Of a DNA stretch of 54,892 nt, positions 18,899 through 28,937 are shown piece by piece. The notes beneath the pieces were generated by a model that was not told the DNA's origin, did no database searches, and saw nothing but the letters and a program-made list of their open reading frames with translations. The stretch is from positions 1 to 54,892 of the forward strand of contig JAYKHR010000091.1 of assembly GCA_035285125.1 (NCBI GenBank), written 5' to 3'. The translations under genes and the position numbers were made by a program. The stretch's first letter is position 1, and each line of letters starts with the position of its first letter. Origin of the DNA: Candidatus Sericytochromatia bacterium (GTDB taxonomy: Bacteria; Cyanobacteriota; Sericytochromatia; S15B-MN24; JAQBPE01).

Positions 18899-21800
18899 AT
18901 GTTGTTCCGTCCCATCGCCATCGTGGGTCGAGCCTGCGTCCTGCCGGGTGCGCTCGATCCCGCCGCGCTCTGGGATGCCCTCCTGGCCGGTAAGGACCTG
19001 ACGGGTCCCGCACCCCGCAGCCGCTGGCGCGTCCGTCCAGAGGACGTGCTGAGCACCGGCAGCGCCGAGCGGGCCCACCACGACCGGGGTGGCTACGTCA
19101 GTGGCTTCGAGCAGCTGTTCGACCCCAACGGCTTCCGCGTCCCGGCGACGGAGATCGTGGGGCTCGATCCGCTGACCCGCTGGGTGCTGCACACGGGGCG
19201 CGAGGCCCTCGGGCAGGTGGCCGGTGGCGTTGACGGGCGCCGGGCCGGGGCCGTGCTGGGCAACCTCTCGCTGCCGTCCGAGGGGCTGTCGGCGTTTGCC
19301 GAGCGAGCCTGGCTGGCGGATCAGCCCCCCGGGGTTCTGCCGCCCGACGCTGCGGACGTCGCGGGCGTGCCGCGGCCGGATCCGCGCGATCGCTTCATGT
19401 CAGGTTATCCCGCGCTCTTGCTTGCCCGCGCCCTGGGCCTCCAGGCAGGGGCCATCGCGATCGACGCCGCCTGCGCCAGCTCTCTGTACGCCCTCAAGCT
19501 CGCGTGCGACAAGCTCGCCGACGGAGAGGCCGACGTGATGCTCGCGGGTGCCGTCAACCGGGCCGACGACCTCTTCTTGCACATGGGGTTCACGTCCTTG
19601 CAGGCGCTGAGCCCGTCTGGCCGCAGCCGGCCCTTCCACCGCGAGGCGGACGGGCTGCTGCCTGCGGAGGGGGCTGCCTTCGTGGCGCTCAAGCGCCTCG
19701 AGGATGCGGAGCGGGACGGCGATCGCATCCTTGGCGTGATTCGCGGGATCGGGCTGTCCAACGACGGCCGGGCCACCGGGCTGCTCGTGCCGGACTCGCG
19801 GGGCCAGGAGCGGGCCCTCGTGGCGGCCTATGCGCAGGCCGGGTGGTCGCCCACCACGGTCGGCATGGTCGAGTGCCACGCCACGGGCACCCCCGTGGGC
19901 GACGCGACGGAGCTCGCCACGCTCGGGCGGGTCTTCGCCGGCAGCCACGACGTCCCCATCGGCTCGCTCAAGGGCAACCTCGGCCACCCCATCACGGTGG
20001 CGGGGATGGCCGGTTTGTTGAAGATCCTCTCGTCGTTCGAGGCGGGGGTGAGGCCCCCCAACGTCCCGGTCGACGACCCCACGCCGGCGCTGCAGGGCAC
20101 GCCCTTTCGCCTGCTGCAGGAGCCCTCGCCCTGGCCGGAGGGACAGCCTCGGCGGGCGGCGCTGTCGGCGTTCGGCTTCGGTGGGAACAACGCCCACCTG
20201 CTGGTCGAGGCCTGGGACGGGGCCACCGCCTCCGCGGGGGCGTCGGCCCCCTTCAGCCCCGTCGGGCCCATCGCCGTGGTGGGCCTCGGCGCGCGCGTCG
20301 GCGACGGCGACCACGCCGGGGATCTCGCCCACGCCGTCTTTGGCGAGACGGGCGCCCTGCCGCACGCGCGGGCGCTGGAGCTGCCCGTCAAGGGCCTGCG
20401 CTTTCCCCCGGCCGATCTCCTGGCGGCCCTCCCGCAGCAGCTCTGGATGGTTGCCGCGGCAGAGGAGGCGTTGGCCGGCGTCGTGCCCGTCGCCCGCGAG
20501 CGGGCGGGGGTCTATGTCGGCATGCAGTGCGACGCGAGCATCGCGCGCTACGGCCTCCGCTGGCGGCTGCCTGCGATGGTCGCGCGCTGGCGAGATGCCG
20601 GGCTTGCGACGCCCTTCGCCGACGCCTGGCTCGCCGAGGCACGGGAGCAGGCCAACCCCGCCCTGACGGCGGCTGGCGTGCTGGGGACGCTGCCCAACGT
20701 GGTCGCGAACCGCCTCAACAGCCAGCTCGACTGGGGGGGACTCGGCTTCGCCGTCTCGGCCGAGGAACTCTCGGGGCCCGCCGCGCTGGCGCTGGCCTGT
20801 CGGGCCCTGCGCGCGCGCGAACTCGACGTGGCCGTCGTGGGGGCCGTCGACATGGCGGTCGAGCCCGCGCAGCAGGCGGCAGCCCGGGCCGCACTGGCGC
20901 CGGACCGGCACCGGCCCGGGGATGCTGCCGTGGCCTTCGTGCTGAAGCGACTGGCCGACGCCGAGGCTGCGGGCGACGCGATCCTGGCCGTGCTGCCCGA
21001 TCACGGGGCTGCGCCGCCGGTGGGCTGGGAACTCAACCTCGATCGGGGGGGCGGGAGCCTCACCGGCCGGCTGGGCCATGCCCACGCCGCCTCCGGCCTG
21101 GTCCACGTGGCCGCGGCCGTCCTCGCGACGCGGCACCAGGTTCGCCCTATGCCGGATGGGCCTGCGGAGCCGCGGCTCGACGTCGGAACGGCGGCGGTGC
21201 AGGTGCGGACCGTCGGGATGGCTGAGGCCTCCGCCATGGTGGTCGTCGCCCCGCGCAGCGGCCAGGAGCCCGCGCCCTTGCTGTTCGCGCCGCCGCCCAG
21301 GCTCCACGTCTTCTCCGGGCGGGACCGGGAAGCCGTCCGCGAGGCCCTGAACGCCGATCGGGAGGGGGACGAGGGCCCGGCCAGGCTGGTGCTCGTGGCC
21401 TCTGATGCCCGGGAGCTCACGCAGCGACGGGAGCGGGCGCTGGCCTGGCTGGACGCTGGGGCGGAGGGACCGGCCGGGGACGGCCTGGCCTACATGGACG
21501 CCCCCCTGGCGGGCGAGGTCGCAGCCGTCTTCGGTGGCGCGGCGAGCGCGTACACCGGGATGGGGCGGGAGCTGTTGCTGGCCCTGCCGGAGTTGCGGAC
21601 CGGACTGTCCCGTGCGTTTCCCGACGTCCACGGGGCGGCGGGCTGGATGTTCGACGCGCGGCGGGGGGCCCCCTCCCCGCTGGAGAAGCTGTGGGGCGCC
21701 TCGGCCCTGTGCCAGGCGCACGCCCACCTCACGCGGCACCTGCTGGGTGTGCCCTTCCAGGCCGCCATCGGCCTGAGCTCCGGGGAGACCAACGCGCTGT

Positions 21801-24800
21801 ACGCCTTCGGCGCCTGGCAGGACATGGGCGAGCTTCGCCAGGAGTTCGAGGCCGCGGAGGTCTTCACGCGTCACCTCGGTGGGCAGTTCGAGGCCCTGCA
21901 GTCGGCATGGGCCGGCATGGGCCTCTCGCACCCCCATTGGAGCACGTGGCGGGTGGCCGCCCCCGCCGAGGTGGTCCGGCCGCTGCTGGCAGAGGTTCCC
22001 TTCGTGCACCTCACAATCATCCTCGGCCCGCGCGACGTCGTGATTGGCGGCCTGCCTGAGGCCTGTCGCCGCGTGCTGGCTGCGCTCGGGCCGGCGGTGG
22101 CCGCTGCACCGCTGGAGTACGACGTCGCGGTGCACGCACCCGAGGTGCAGGGGTTCTCGGAGGTCTGGCGGCGCCTTCACCGGCGTCCCACGTCCCCCGT
22201 GCCGGGCGTGCGGTTCTACACGCATGCCACGGGCGGCGCGTACGAGCCGACGGCAGATGCCGCGGCGGATGCCTTGCTGGGCCAGGCGCTCAAGACCATC
22301 GACTTCCCCGCACTCGTGGAGCGCGCCTGGCTCGAAGGCGTGCGGGTCTTCGTGGAGCACGGCCCCCAGGGGGGGCTCACGCCCCTGATCCGCCAGATCC
22401 TCGGGGACCGCCCTCACCTGGCCGTGGCCCTCGACCTGGCCTCGCAGCCCTCCGTCAGGCAGCTGGCAAACGCCTGCGCGGCCCTGGTGGCCGCTGGCGT
22501 GCCGGTCGACTGGGCTGCCCTGACCCGGCGCTGGGCTGCCGTGCAGCCTCCCGAGCCGCTGCCCGGGCCCCGGGTGACCTTCCTGGCCCACCGGTCTCCG
22601 GTCGTCTTGCCGCCGCTGCCCGCCGGGGAGGGGCGCAAGCCCGCCGCCAGCGACCTGCCTGCCGCCCCCAGCCTGCCGCCGGTGCTTCAGCCCTGGCCTC
22701 GACCGGTGGCTGCGCCCGCCCTCGACGCAGAGGGCCCGCCACCCGTGGCGGCGACGGCCCCCCACCGGGACGAGGGGAGCGCGGCTCGTTCCCGGCCAGC
22801 CGAAGCACCTTCCGGCGAAGGCGCCGGGCCGGCTCTCCCTGCCACCCCGCCGGCACCACCGCCGCCCCCCACCCGCGGGGAGCCGGCCCCTCCGCCCCCC
22901 ACGCCTGCACCGCCAACCGTGCCCCTCCCTCCCCCGCCCCCCGGACCCGCCCCCCACACACTGATGCCGACCACCATGCCTGACGCCCCCTCGAACCCGA
23001 CCCCTGCCCTGGCCTTTGCCCTGGAAGCTCACCGCCAGGCCCAGGAGGCCTACGCGGCCGTGATGGCCCGGCAAGCTGCGCTGCACCAGGCCTACATGGT
23101 GCAGTCCACGGCTGCGTTCCACGCCTTCCTGGCTCAGCAGCGGGGGGGTGGCGCCGCTGCGGCCGGCCCTGTGGGTGTTCCGGCGCAACCGGCACCCGAG
23201 CCGGTTGTCCAGGCGCCGCGCCCCGAGGTGGTCGCCCCGCCGCCCCCACCTCCTGCGCCTCCGGTGAAGCCCCAGGCTGCCGTGGCGGCCGAGCCGAAAC
23301 CCGTGGCGCCCCCGACCCCGAGCGAGCCACGCGCCGCCGCCAGGCCGGAGCCCGCCTCGCCAGAGCCCAGCCGGCCCGTGCCGCCGCCCCCCGTGGCTGG
23401 CACCGTGCGGGTCAAGCCGGATCCCAAGACGCCTGTGGGGCCGGCCTTCGACCGGCAGCAGCTCGAGATCTTGGCGTCCGGCAAGATCTCGGACGTCTTC
23501 GGGCCCTTGTTCGCGCAGCAGGACGGCTTCCACCGCCAGGTGCGCATGCCCGAGCCGCCCCTGCTGCTGGCGGATCGCGTCACCGGCATCCGCGGCGAAG
23601 CCGGCTCGATGACCACCGGCACGATCTGGACGGAGACGGACGTCCGTTGGGATTCCTGGTACCTGCACCAGGGGCGGATGCCCGCCGGCGTCATGGTCGA
23701 GAGCGGCCAGGCCGACCTCCTGCTTATCTCCTGGCTGGGCGCCGACTTCATGAACCGCGGAGAGCGCGTGTACAGGCTGCTCGGCTGCGAGCTGACCTAC
23801 CATGCCGACCCCGTCACGGGCTACGAGGTGCTGCCCAAGCCGGGTGAGACGCTCAAGTACGACATCCATGTCGACGGGCACGCCAAGCAGGGTGACATCC
23901 GCCTGTTCTTTTTCCACTACGACTGCCTCATCGACGGCGCCCCCCGGTTGACGGTGCGGCACGGTCAGGCGGGTTTCTTCACCGACGAGGAGCTGGCAAA
24001 CTCGGGCGGCATCCTGTGGGACCCCGAGGAGACGCGTCCCGAGGGCGGTCGGGTGGACCCCCCGCGCTGCCTGACGGGCCGGCGCCGGTTCGAGACCCCG
24101 GACCTGGAGGCTTTTGCCGAAGGCCGGCTCGCCGACGTCTTCGGGCCAGGCTTCGAGGCCGCTCGCTCTCACGTGCGGTCGCCGCGGATGTCAGGCGGCT
24201 CGATGCGCTTCTTCGACGCCGTGACCCACCTGGACCCGCAGGGCGGGCCCTGGGGCCGCGGCTACATGCGCGCCACGCAGGCCCTGACGCCAGAGTCCTG
24301 GTTCTTCAAGGGGCACTTCAAGAACGACCCGTGCATGCCGGGCACGCTGATGTTCGAGGGCACGCTGCAGACCATGGCCTTCTACCTCTCGGCGCTGGGC
24401 TTTGGCCTCGAGCGCGACGGCTGGCGCTTCGAACCCGTGCCGGAGGTGGCTTACCTCATGCGCTGCCGGGGGCAGGCAACGCCGGCCGCGCGCCACGTGG
24501 TTTACGAGGTCTTCGTCGAGGAAGTCCACGACGGCCCGTTCCCCACGCTCTGGGCGGACCTCCTTGTCACGGTGGACGGCCTGAAGGCCTTCCACTGCCG
24601 GAAGATGGGGCTGCGCCTGGTGCCCGGGTTCCCGATGGAGGCGGAGCAGGGCCGCGTGGAGATCGTCGACGCGGGCCCCGTGGCCTTGCAGGACGGCTTC
24701 GCCTTTGGCCAGCGCTCGCTGTGGGCGTGCGCCTGGGGCAAGCCCAGCATGGCCTTCGGTCCGCAGTTCAAGGTCTTCGACGCCGGCAAGCGGCTGCCGC

Positions 24801-27800
24801 GGCTGCCGGGGCCCCCCTACCACTTCATGACCCGCATCAGCGAGCTCGATGGGCAACTCGGAGAGCCGCGCGTCGGCTCGAAGGTGGTCGCTGCCTACGA
24901 CGTTCCGCCTGATGCCTGGTACTTCGCCGAGAACGGCAACCCCACCATGCCCTTCGCGGTGCTGCTGGAGGCCGCGCTGCAGCCCTGTGGCTGGCTGGCC
25001 TCGTTCATCGGCACCCCACTGCGGGCGGAGCCCGAGCTGTTCTTCCGCAACCTCGACGGCACCAGCACCCTGCACCGGGAAATTCTGCCCGATGCAGGCA
25101 CGCTCTCGACCCACGTCACGCTCACCAAGCTCGCCCAGAGCGCCGGCATGGTGATCGTTGGCTTCGAGGTGCGGTGCTTCCTGCAGGACGCCCCCGAGGC
25201 CCCGGTCTTCGAGATGGACACGGTCTTCGGCTTCTTCCCCGGGGCCGCGCTGGCGAGCCAGGTCGGCATCCCGCCTGCGCCCGCTGAGGCGGAGGCCCTC
25301 GTGGAGCCTTCCGACTTCCGCGTGGATCTCGGACGCGAGTGGCGGCGCTATGGCGTTCCGGCCATCGCGAACAGCCGCCTGCGCCTGCTCGACCGCGTGA
25401 CGGGCTGGTGGCCCGACGGCGGCAAGGCGGGCCTGGGCCGCGCCCGCGCCGAGAAGGACGTGGATCCGGGGCACTGGTACTTCCAGGCCCACTTCTTCCA
25501 GGACCCTGTGCAGCCCGGCTCGCTCGGCATCGAGGCCATGCTCCAGCTGCTGCAGATGGCGATGGTGGAGAAGGGCCTGGCCGCGGGCATCCGCAACCCG
25601 CGCTTCGAGCCCGTCGCCACGGGCGTGCCCATGACGTGGAAGTATCGCGGCCAGGTGGTGCCGAGTGCCCGCGTCGTCGTGGTCGAGGTGGAGCTCACCG
25701 ACGTCGTCGTGGACGCGCACGGCGCCCGTGCCGTGGCCGAGGCCTGGCTCTGGGTCGACGGCATGCGCATCTACGGCGCCACGGGCCTCGGGATGCGGAT
25801 CGTGGCCGGCGATGCGCCCCCGGTGCCTGACGGCGTGGACGAGGGAGCCTTCCGGGCCGTGATGGGGCCCAGCACGCCCCAGGCCGAGCCGGAGGCGCCC
25901 GGCGAGGCCGCGCCCGTGAGCGCTGCCCCCCCCATGGGCCCTGACGACGAGGAGCTGGATCCCGCCCGGGACACCTGGCTGCAAGACCACAAGCCCACCT
26001 ATGTGCTCCCGGTGCTGCCGTTCATGTCGCTGCTCGACCGCATCGTCGGGGCGGCCCGGGCCGCCCGCCCCACCCACCATGTCATCCGGCTGGAGGGGGT
26101 GCAGGTGCACAAGTGGGTCGCGCTGCCGGGGGGCCCCCTGCGCCTGCGCCGCGCGGTCGAGGAGCAGCCGGACGGCAAGCTCCTCGTGACCATCCAGCGC
26201 TGGTGGGATGCCCCCAACCCGGCGCTGTCTCGCTTCGAGCCCGTGGCCACGGGCGTCGTCGAGACGGCCGCCGAGTGGCTGGAAGGCCCGCCCGTCTGGC
26301 TCCCGCCGGATGACGCCGAGCCGCAGCCCAACCCCTATGAAACGGGCGAGATGTTCCACGGCCCGACCTTCCAGATCCTGCGGGAGTGGGCCATCGGGTC
26401 TTACGGGTCGACGGCCACGCTGGACGCCGACGCCGACGCCCCGCTCGGCGCGTTGAACCAGATCCTGCTCGACGGCCTCACGCACGCCATCCCGTCGGCC
26501 AACCTGGCGCAGTGGAGCCCCGAGATCGGGGCGGACCAGGTGGGTTACCCGTCCAAGGTGCTGTCGATGACCCTGCACGGCCCCGCCCCGACCCAGGGCC
26601 TCGTGCGCTGTGAGGTCCGCTACACCGGCTTCCAGGACGGCCCCAGGTTCCCGCGCTTCGACCTGCAGCTCATCGCGGGGGACCGCGTGTGGGCGCAGCT
26701 CGAGCTGGTGTACATCCTGTTCCCGAAGGGCCCCCTGGGGCAGGCCTCGGGGCCGGACCGCCAGGCCTTCCTGGGTGAGCGCGCGCCCGTCCCGCACATG
26801 GGCCTCGCCCGCAGCGAGGGCGACACCACCCGGCTCTCGCCGCGGGAGGTGAAGGGCAGCGATTGGCTGCCCGGTACGCTGGCGCGCATCTACGAGGCTG
26901 AGGGGGACGTGGACGCCCTGACGCGCCAGATCGCCGCCAAGGAGCATGTCGGCTCCCGCCTCGGCGTCCACCCCTCTGAGGTCAAGCTCTCCGAGGACGG
27001 CAACGCGGCCAGCATCCCGGCGGCACCGCTGACGCGCGTCGAGGTCGAGGTCGAGGTGGCGCCCGGGGGCGAGGTGGCGGTGTCGGACGCCGGCGAGCCG
27101 TTGCTCGACATGACGCCCGTGCGCGAGTACTGGCGCGATCGCCTCGGGATGGGGCCCTGGCCCGGCGAGGATCTCTACTACGGGCTCGCGGAGCGCTACG
27201 TCGGGTCTGTGGAGCTCGAGGATCCGGACGCCTTCATGTATATGCACGGCCGTGGTGCGCTGTACCTGGCAAACCACCAGGTCGGCATCGAGTCGCTGCT
27301 GTTCTCGCTGATCATCTCGGCCCTCGGGGGCGTGCCCACCGGCACGCTCGCCAAGGTCGAGCACCGCGACAGCTGGCTCGGCCGCCTGATTGCCCACCAC
27401 TTCGCCTATCCGGGCGTGGTGGACCCCGAGCTCATCATGTTCTTCGACCGGCAGGACCCCGCGTCGCTGCCGGGCATCCTGGCAGGGCTCCAGCCCCGCC
27501 TGGCGCTGGACGAGAAGTCGCTGCTGGTGCACGTCGAGGGCACGCGCTCGCTGGAGGCCAACCAGCCCGTCTCCCAGATCACCGGGGCTTTGATCGACCT
27601 CGCGCTGGAGGCCGAGGCCCCCATCGTGCCCGTGCGCTTCACGGGTGGCCTGCCGCGCAAGGCCTTGCGCGACCGGCTCGAGTTCCCCGTGGGGCACGGC
27701 AAGCAGGTGTACCACATCGGCCGCCCCATCTGGCCGGACGACCTGATGGCGATGGGCCTCGCGGAGCGCAAGCGGGTGCTGCTGGAGGCCATCAACGGGC

Positions 27801-28105
27801 TCGGCCCGCAGCCTGGCCGAGAGGAGCCCGGGGCGCCGAACGACGCCTTCGCCGCCGAGGTGGCGGGCTGGTGCGCGCGGATGCAGGTGGGCGAGGTGCC
27901 GGCGGCGATGTTCAAGACGCTGGAGCACCTGCAGGATCCCACGCCGGAGATGCGAGCCCTGGTCGCGGCGGTCCGCAAGGCCAAGCCCAAGAAGGCCCTG
28001 CAGGGCCTGCCGCAGGGGCCGTGGTTCGCCACGCTGGGGGACTGGCTGACGGGCCGCTCCGACATGCTGCAGGTGCCGGGCTCGGTGGGTGGGATGCATG
28101 TCTGA
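18899..28105 (+). CDS. pfa3: PUFA synthase Pfa3 (PfaBC-type fusion): KS-CLF-AT-FabA-like DH/pseudo-DH x4-PKS DH-AGPAT
   Basis: KS DAACASS/HATGT; CLF with Cys replaced (VSAEELSG); AT GLSSGE; FabA-type GHFKNDPCMPG and AHFFQDPVQPG; PKS-type DHKPTYVLPVLP; C-terminal acyltransferase ANHQVGIES, VHVEGTRS, IVPVRF. Confidence 0.93.
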   Translation: MLFRPIAIVGRACVLPGALDPAALWDALLAGKDLTGPAPRSRWRVRPEDVLSTGSAERAHHDRGGYVSGFEQLFDPNGFRVPATEIVGLDPLTRWVLHTGREALGQVAGGVDGRRAGAVLGNLSLPSEGLSAFAERAWLADQPPGVLPPDAADVAGVPRPDPRDRFMSGYPALLLARALGLQAGAIAIDAACASSLYALKLACDKLADGEADVMLAGAVNRADDLFLHMGFTSLQALSPSGRSRPFHREADGLLPAEGAAFVALKRLEDAERDGDRILGVIRGIGLSNDGRATGLLVPDSRGQERALVAAYAQAGWSPTTVGMVECHATGTPVGDATELATLGRVFAGSHDVPIGSLKGNLGHPITVAGMAGLLKILSSFEAGVRPPNVPVDDPTPALQGTPFRLLQEPSPWPEGQPRRAALSAFGFGGNNAHLLVEAWDGATASAGASAPFSPVGPIAVVGLGARVGDGDHAGDLAHAVFGETGALPHARALELPVKGLRFPPADLLAALPQQLWMVAAAEEALAGVVPVARERAGVYVGMQCDASIARYGLRWRLPAMVARWRDAGLATPFADAWLAEAREQANPALTAAGVLGTLPNVVANRLNSQLDWGGLGFAVSAEELSGPAALALACRALRARELDVAVVGAVDMAVEPAQQAAARAALAPDRHRPGDAAVAFVLKRLADAEAAGDAILAVLPDHGAAPPVGWELNLDRGGGSLTGRLGHAHAASGLVHVAAAVLATRHQVRPMPDGPAEPRLDVGTAAVQVRTVGMAEASAMVVVAPRSGQEPAPLLFAPPPRLHVFSGRDREAVREALNADREGDEGPARLVLVASDARELTQRRERALAWLDAGAEGPAGDGLAYMDAPLAGEVAAVFGGAASAYTGMGRELLLALPELRTGLSRAFPDVHGAAGWMFDARRGAPSPLEKLWGASALCQAHAHLTRHLLGVPFQAAIGLSSGETNALYAFGAWQDMGELRQEFEAAEVFTRHLGGQFEALQSAWAGMGLSHPHWSTWRVAAPAEVVRPLLAEVPFVHLTIILGPRDVVIGGLPEACRRVLAALGPAVAAAPLEYDVAVHAPEVQGFSEVWRRLHRRPTSPVPGVRFYTHATGGAYEPTADAAADALLGQALKTIDFPALVERAWLEGVRVFVEHGPQGGLTPLIRQILGDRPHLAVALDLASQPSVRQLANACAALVAAGVPVDWAALTRRWAAVQPPEPLPGPRVTFLAHRSPVVLPPLPAGEGRKPAASDLPAAPSLPPVLQPWPRPVAAPALDAEGPPPVAATAPHRDEGSAARSRPAEAPSGEGAGPALPATPPAPPPPPTRGEPAPPPPTPAPPTVPLPPPPPGPAPHTLMPTTMPDAPSNPTPALAFALEAHRQAQEAYAAVMARQAALHQAYMVQSTAAFHAFLAQQRGGGAAAAGPVGVPAQPAPEPVVQAPRPEVVAPPPPPPAPPVKPQAAVAAEPKPVAPPTPSEPRAAARPEPASPEPSRPVPPPPVAGTVRVKPDPKTPVGPAFDRQQLEILASGKISDVFGPLFAQQDGFHRQVRMPEPPLLLADRVTGIRGEAGSMTTGTIWTETDVRWDSWYLHQGRMPAGVMVESGQADLLLISWLGADFMNRGERVYRLLGCELTYHADPVTGYEVLPKPGETLKYDIHVDGHAKQGDIRLFFFHYDCLIDGAPRLTVRHGQAGFFTDEELANSGGILWDPEETRPEGGRVDPPRCLTGRRRFETPDLEAFAEGRLADVFGPGFEAARSHVRSPRMSGGSMRFFDAVTHLDPQGGPWGRGYMRATQALTPESWFFKGHFKNDPCMPGTLMFEGTLQTMAFYLSALGFGLERDGWRFEPVPEVAYLMRCRGQATPAARHVVYEVFVEEVHDGPFPTLWADLLVTVDGLKAFHCRKMGLRLVPGFPMEAEQGRVEIVDAGPVALQDGFAFGQRSLWACAWGKPSMAFGPQFKVFDAGKRLPRLPGPPYHFMTRISELDGQLGEPRVGSKVVAAYDVPPDAWYFAENGNPTMPFAVLLEAALQPCGWLASFIGTPLRAEPELFFRNLDGTSTLHREILPDAGTLSTHVTLTKLAQSAGMVIVGFEVRCFLQDAPEAPVFEMDTVFGFFPGAALASQVGIPPAPAEAEALVEPSDFRVDLGREWRRYGVPAIANSRLRLLDRVTGWWPDGGKAGLGRARAEKDVDPGHWYFQAHFFQDPVQPGSLGIEAMLQLLQMAMVEKGLAAGIRNPRFEPVATGVPMTWKYRGQVVPSARVVVVEVELTDVVVDAHGARAVAEAWLWVDGMRIYGATGLGMRIVAGDAPPVPDGVDEGAFRAVMGPSTPQAEPEAPGEAAPVSAAPPMGPDDEELDPARDTWLQDHKPTYVLPVLPFMSLLDRIVGAARAARPTHHVIRLEGVQVHKWVALPGGPLRLRRAVEEQPDGKLLVTIQRWWDAPNPALSRFEPVATGVVETAAEWLEGPPVWLPPDDAEPQPNPYETGEMFHGPTFQILREWAIGSYGSTATLDADADAPLGALNQILLDGLTHAIPSANLAQWSPEIGADQVGYPSKVLSMTLHGPAPTQGLVRCEVRYTGFQDGPRFPRFDLQLIAGDRVWAQLELVYILFPKGPLGQASGPDRQAFLGERAPVPHMGLARSEGDTTRLSPREVKGSDWLPGTLARIYEAEGDVDALTRQIAAKEHVGSRLGVHPSEVKLSEDGNAASIPAAPLTRVEVEVEVAPGGEVAVSDAGEPLLDMTPVREYWRDRLGMGPWPGEDLYYGLAERYVGSVELEDPDAFMYMHGRGALYLANHQVGIESLLFSLIISALGGVPTGTLAKVEHRDSWLGRLIAHHFAYPGVVDPELIMFFDRQDPASLPGILAGLQPRLALDEKSLLVHVEGTRSLEANQPVSQITGALIDLALEAEAPIVPVRFTGGLPRKALRDRLEFPVGHGKQVYHIGRPIWPDDLMAMGLAERKRVLLEAINGLGPQPGREEPGAPNDAFAAEVAGWCARMQVGEVPAAMFKTLEHLQDPTPEMRALVAAVRKAKPKKALQGLPQGPWFATLGDWLTGRSDMLQVPGSVGGMHV

Positions 28106-28937
28106 GGTCACCACCGTCTCCGGGCCCGAGGGCTCGGCGCCGCCCGCGCCGCGCCGTCGCAGCGGCCTGGCCTGGCTGCCGAACGCGATCACCCTCACCA
28201 ACGCCCTGTGCGGCTTTGGCGCCGTGGTGGCCGTGGCTGGTTGGACGCCCGACCAGGGCTCGTTTCCCGTCGCGCTGTCCGCCTGGCTGATCCTGGGCGC
28301 CTGGGTGTGCGACATGGCCGACGGGACGGTGGCCCGCCTCACCGGCACCACGGGGCGCTTCGGGGCCGCGCTGGACTCGCTGTGCGACGTCGTGGGCTTC
28401 GGGGTGGCGCCCGCCTTCCTGGCAGGCACCCTTGCGAGCGCGGCGGGCTGGCCGTCCGTGGTGGCCTGGGCGCCTGCCCTGGTGCTGCTGAGCTGCGTGC
28501 TGGTGCGCCTGGCGCGCTTCGATGCCGAGGACGTCGAGGCCACCGGGCCTGACGGCCACCTCTACTTTCGGGGCCTGCCCTCGCCGGCGGTGGGGGTGCT
28601 GATCGCCACGTTGGGCCTGTGGTTCGCCCAGGTGGCCCGGAGCTACGGCATCGGCACCTGGGGGCCGGGCACCCTCGTGAACGAGGCCGTGTGGCTCGGG
28701 CAGGCGATGCCCCTCGTGGCGCTGCTGGCCGCGGGCCTGGCCGTCACGGTTTTGCCTTACCCGGACCTGCCCAAGCACTACATGAAGCGCCTCGCGCCCT
28801 GGTGGCAGCCCGTTGCCGTCCTCGGGGCGGCGGCGATCGTCGGCGTCGGGCCGGCTTTCTTCGCGTTCTTCCTGGGCTATGCCCTGCTCGGTCCCTGGCT
28901 GGGTCGGCGCGGGCGCCGCGAGGCCCGCCGGTCGTGA
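28098..28937 (+). CDS. pssA: CDP-alcohol phosphatidyltransferase, phosphatidylserine-synthase (PssA subclass II) type
   Basis: LPNAITLTNALCGF; DMADGTVAR...GAALDSLCD signature; RLARF; FRGLPSP; ATG 28098 overlaps the pfa3 stop. Confidence 0.85.
   Translation: MSEVTTVSGPEGSAPPAPRRRSGLAWLPNAITLTNALCGFGAVVAVAGWTPDQGSFPVALSAWLILGAWVCDMADGTVARLTGTTGRFGAALDSLCDVVGFGVAPAFLAGTLASAAGWPSVVAWAPALVLLSCVLVRLARFDAEDVEATGPDGHLYFRGLPSPAVGVLIATLGLWFAQVARSYGIGTWGPGTLVNEAVWLGQAMPLVALLAAGLAVTVLPYPDLPKHYMKRLAPWWQPVAVLGAAAIVGVGPAFFAFFLGYALLGPWLGRRGRREARRS

Noticed and set aside
10119..28105. Interpretation as an antibiotic PKS, heterocyst glycolipid or zeamine-type cluster
   Set aside because: No thioester-reductase, NRPS, aminotransferase or glycosyltransferase partners; the terminal acyltransferase and phospholipid genes point to membrane lipid. 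The exact product remains unproven.
14902..28543. Very long antisense ORFs (1384, 1590 and 1450 aa) opposite pfaA and pfa3, and similar ones opposite sucA, pfaD and the lipoproteins
   Set aside because: Expected shadow ORFs in high-GC coding DNA; Arg/Gly/Pro-biased with no domain motifs, while the sense strand carries clear catalytic motifs.
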